37,554 nucleotides of DNA, from positions 1 to 37,554 of the IMG/VR virus record IMGVR_UViG_3300040736_000016; one strand, given 5' to 3'. Under the pieces are notes generated by a model. It saw nothing but the letters and a program-made list of their open reading frames with translations. It had not been told where the DNA came from and ran no database searches. The number at the start of each line of letters is the position of its first letter. The first letter of the stretch is position 1. The position numbers and the translations under genes were made by a program. Source of the stretch: a virus. Taxonomy: Duplodnaviria; Caudoviricetes. This document shows positions 34,858 to 37,554 of this stretch, piece by piece.

Positions 34858-35091
34858 TTAATTTGTTTTCGTTATGTCGTGTCCGTCTGGGGTGATCCCG
34901 TAGACAGCTTGCCCGATCTGTTCGGCAATGACCTTGAGCAAGTGCGACCCCGGTCGCTTCCCCTTGACTGCGTTCGTGATAGCTGACCTGGTAACGCCTT
35001 CTCGGTCCGCAAGTTTCGTCATAGCTCCGGCCCCCATGGATCTTTCAAGGGCGTGCTTGATTTCAAGCGGGTCAGTTAAATTGTTCAGCAT
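34858..35091 (-). CDS. Cro-like HTH regulator
   Basis: LA...GVTRSAIT..V.G HTH; AAGGAGG before ATG 35091; divergent from the repressor. Confidence 0.85.
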   Translation of the reverse strand: MLNNLTDPLEIKHALERSMGAGAMTKLADREGVTRSAITNAVKGKRPGSHLLKVIAEQIGQAVYGITPDGHDITKTN

Positions 35092-35104
35092 TTTTTCAAC
35101 CTCC

Positions 35105-35154
35105 TTTCGTTCAGATGAAAACAAGTTAGCAGTTTTACGTTTATCTGTAAACAA
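35105..35154 (-). promoter_or_regulatory. Lytic promoter with two candidate operators
   Basis: TTTACA(35146-35151)-N17-TAACTT(35123-35128) with TGn extension; 15/20 imperfect repeat at 35105-35124 and 35135-35154. Confidence 0.65.
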
Positions 35155-35186
35155 TTTTTCATTAACTTTTCTGTGGGCCTCGAAAA

Positions 35187-35894
35187 ATGACCGAAAATCC
35201 GCAAACTCTCGAAATTATTGAAAGGGTCAGGACTTTTTATTTGCCAAGGGAAAAGGATAGGGGATTCGCGGCTCGCATAGGTATCCCACAAACCACCTAC
35301 AGCGGATACACCACCGGAGCCCGCCAGATGCGTGCCGATACCCTGCTCGCAATCTCCAAAGAAACCGGGGCTAGTCTGCAATGGCTCATCACCGGTGAAG
35401 GCCCGAGATTGAAACATGATCTCGCTACCGTGACAGCGAGCGCGAATAGCCAGAGGGTAAACTCCGGCATTAAGGGCAACGTAGGCCGTGCCCCAGAACC
35501 ATCGCGACCGCCGAGTAGGGTGCCGATCATCTCGTGGGTACAAGCTGGCGATTGGAGTTGCGTTGCTGACCCGTTCCACCCTGGTGACGCTGAAGAGTGG
35601 GTCAACACGACCGAGACGGCACACCCGAACGCATTCGCCCTGGTCGTGAAGGGCGACAGCATGGAGCCGGAGTTTGCCGAGGGCGACATTATTACTGTTG
35701 ACCCCGGAAGGGCTTATTGCAGCGGAAGTTTCGTTGTTGTGAAGAATGGGGATGAAGCGACGTTCAAGCAGCTAATCATTGACGGTTCAAGCGTCTTCCT
35801 GAAGCCGTTGAACGATCGCTATCCGATCAAAGACGTGACCGGAATGGACATAAGGGTGGTTGGCGTAGTTATTGAAAAAAGAAAGAGGTATTGA
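35187..35894 (+). CDS. CI-like repressor (XRE HTH + S24 autopeptidase)
   Basis: HTH, VP.IS.VQAG cleavage site, V.GDSM.P serine, ATFK lysine. Confidence 0.95.
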   Translation: MTENPQTLEIIERVRTFYLPREKDRGFAARIGIPQTTYSGYTTGARQMRADTLLAISKETGASLQWLITGEGPRLKHDLATVTASANSQRVNSGIKGNVGRAPEPSRPPSRVPIISWVQAGDWSCVADPFHPGDAEEWVNTTETAHPNAFALVVKGDSMEPEFAEGDIITVDPGRAYCSGSFVVVKNGDEATFKQLIIDGSSVFLKPLNDRYPIKDVTGMDIRVVGVVIEKRKRY

Positions 35895-35917
35895 CAATAA
35901 AATTGGAGGGATCAGAG

Positions 35918-36457
35918 GTGGCTATTATCAACTGCAAGGAGTGCGGGACCACGGTGAGTACCAAGGCACAGGCATGCCCGCAGTGCGGTGCCAAACCGAA
36001 GCGGCGGACATCAAAAATGCTGCTGGTTGTGCTAGGCGCTGTGTTTTTTGCCATCTATTTGATGGCAGAGCCAAGCAACAAGACAACGGGTTCGAGCCCA
36101 CTGCAACCAGCGACTGAACGAACCACCACGGGTGAGCTTGCGGAAGTGGCCAAGCAACGTGACAAACAGGAAGCTGCTGACAAAGAGTTGGAGCGTCACA
36201 CCAGGATTGCCGCGGCAAAGGAAGCTGTAAAGGAACGCTTGAGGGAACCAAAGTCTGCCGAGTTCCGCAACGTGTTAGTGGTCCGCTATCAGGACAAAAT
36301 CAATGTCGTCTGTGGTGAGGTCAACGCCAAAAATGGGTTGGGTGGGATGACGGGGTATCAGCCGTTTCTGAGCCTTGGGGCAGCAAATATGACATGGTTA
36401 CAGTCCGAAACCAAGGATTTCGCAGAGAACTGGAACAAGTTTTGCGCCGGGAAATAA
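35918..36457 (+). CDS. Zn-ribbon, single-TM protein with exported domain
   Basis: CKECG...CPQCG, hydrophobic helix, L..P.SA.F, CGEVNAKN..GG..G; GGAGG before GTG 35918. Confidence 0.8.
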   Translation: MAIINCKECGTTVSTKAQACPQCGAKPKRRTSKMLLVVLGAVFFAIYLMAEPSNKTTGSSPLQPATERTTTGELAEVAKQRDKQEAADKELERHTRIAAAKEAVKERLREPKSAEFRNVLVVRYQDKINVVCGEVNAKNGLGGMTGYQPFLSLGAANMTWLQSETKDFAENWNKFCAGK

Positions 36458-36461
36458 CCAA

Positions 36462-37424
36462 GTGAGCGTTCGCCCTCATCCTCTCCAGGGAAATGACCCC
36501 AGGTATGCTGACGCCTGGCTGGTTGATTTCTACGACCAGACCGGAAAGCGCCGGAAGATAATGCGCCGGGGCACCGAGGCCCAGGTTCGCGAGATAGAAC
36601 ACAGTTGGCGAGTGGCAACCAGAAGGACCGCACCAACGTCTTGCCCATCACTCAACGAGGCGGCCCCGCTCTACGTTGAACACTATGCGGTCGACCACCT
36701 GCCGCGCGGGGTGGAGCGTCTGCGGTGGAGTCTCAAGCACCTATTGCGGATCATTGGTCGGTATCAGTTCGCCAGCATCACCCCGCCACTGATCGAGGAT
36801 TATAAGCGCCAGAGGTTGGCGGAAGGGGTAAAGCCGAACACCATCAACAAGGAGCTGGCTGCGCTGTCCGGATTTTGCCGGTGGGCACATGGCGAAGGTT
36901 ATTGCGAGCGCCTGCACGTTAAAAGGTTCCCGGCCAAGCTCTCTCGCTCCCCGATCCCGACCGTGCCGAGCAGAAAAGAGGTGATAAAGTTTCTCCGGGC
37001 TGTGCCCAGGGCCAAGCGCGGGATATGGGCTGCCATGTATTATTGCGGGCTCAGGTCAGCAGAGGCCAGGGGCCTGGAACCGCGTGCAGTCAACTGGTCG
37101 CTCGGGGTGGTGATCATCACCGGAAAGGGAAACAAACAGCGCATTGTCCCGATCAATCGCAAGCTGCGTCCGTACCTCCGCAGGTTGCCATGGTACGCGC
37201 CAAAAGACATGCGGGAGGTCGCAGGATGGGCCTGCAAGCGGGCAGGGCTTGAAATCTACATTCACCCGCACTTGATGCGCCACGCCTTCGGTGTCCACGC
37301 AACCGAGGCCGGTGTCGGGCTTCGAGCCCTCCAGGACATCATGGGGCACAGCTCGAGCCAGGTAACTGAGATTTACACCAGGTTGGCCGCCGAGGCGCTG
37401 AGCAAGGAAATGGGGAAATTATAG
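36462..37424 (+). CDS. int: Tyrosine integrase
   Basis: Catalytic R (GLR..E), K (GKGNK.R), H..RH, GH, Y; next to attR. Confidence 0.96.
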   Translation: MSVRPHPLQGNDPRYADAWLVDFYDQTGKRRKIMRRGTEAQVREIEHSWRVATRRTAPTSCPSLNEAAPLYVEHYAVDHLPRGVERLRWSLKHLLRIIGRYQFASITPPLIEDYKRQRLAEGVKPNTINKELAALSGFCRWAHGEGYCERLHVKRFPAKLSRSPIPTVPSRKEVIKFLRAVPRAKRGIWAAMYYCGLRSAEARGLEPRAVNWSLGVVIITGKGNKQRIVPINRKLRPYLRRLPWYAPKDMREVAGWACKRAGLEIYIHPHLMRHAFGVHATEAGVGLRALQDIMGHSSSQVTEIYTRLAAEALSKEMGKL

Positions 37425-37425
37425 G

Positions 37426-37444
37426 CAGGTGCTACCATAGCACC
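37426..37444. promoter_or_regulatory. Candidate integrase arm-type sites
   Basis: GGTGCTA-CCA-TAGCACC; CAGGTGCTA recurs at 107-115. Confidence 0.5.
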
Positions 37445-37499
37445 AGTAAATGGAAGGAAAGTTCAACTGAAACAGCAGTTTGTCGACTGGCCCCACACA

Positions 37500-37554
37500 A
37501 CTCAAAATCCAGCGGGGGCGACCCCGTGTCGGTTCGATTCCGACCTCCGGTACC
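37500..37554 (+). repeat. attR direct repeat (displaced tRNA 3' fragment)
   Basis: Identical to 1-55; the preceding sequence is not a tRNA 5' half. Confidence 0.97.

Larger units (their letters stand above)
1..37554. mobile_element. Complete temperate prophage integrated in tRNA-Leu(CAA)
   Basis: 55-bp terminal direct repeats, tyrosine integrase at one end, and immunity, replication, packaging, head, tail and lysis modules in lambdoid order. Confidence 0.97.

Noticed and set aside
35891-35896. Perfect TTGACA at the cI stop as an internal promoter
   Set aside because: No -10-like hexamer at 16-18 bp spacing
37500-37554. Second tRNA-Leu gene at the right end
   Set aside because: Only the 3' half is present; upstream sequence has no D-arm or acceptor 5' strand, so it is attR

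Overview
The window is one apparently complete ~37.5-kb temperate prophage (long non-contractile tail gene set) bounded by a perfect 55-bp direct repeat equal to the 3' half of a tRNA-Leu(CAA) (attL 1-55, attR 37500-37554). Right to left it holds: tyrosine integrase; a Zn-ribbon membrane protein; a CI/Cro switch; an early operon (CII-like, DUF4258-like, MazG-like, RusA, HU, PD-(D/E)XK nuclease, RecT-like, O/P-like replication genes); a lambda-like cos signature; a ParB-N protein plus a split GT-A glycosyltransferase next to terS; lambda-type terminase and portal; a protease-capsid fusion; a D3112/JBD-like tail; and a lysis cassette ending in a ferredoxin-like gene. An accessory island between terL and the first head gene carries a HigBA toxin-antitoxin pair, an antitoxin relic and a C4-type antisense RNA switch in front of a Rha gene. 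Best candidates for new biology: the orphan packaging-linked glycosyltransferase module with an in-frame slippery site, the ferredoxin coupled to the endolysin, and an unannotated antisense membrane micro-protein whose start codon overlaps that of the tape measure gene. All family calls come from motif recognition by eye, not database searches; the host cannot be identified from this window.
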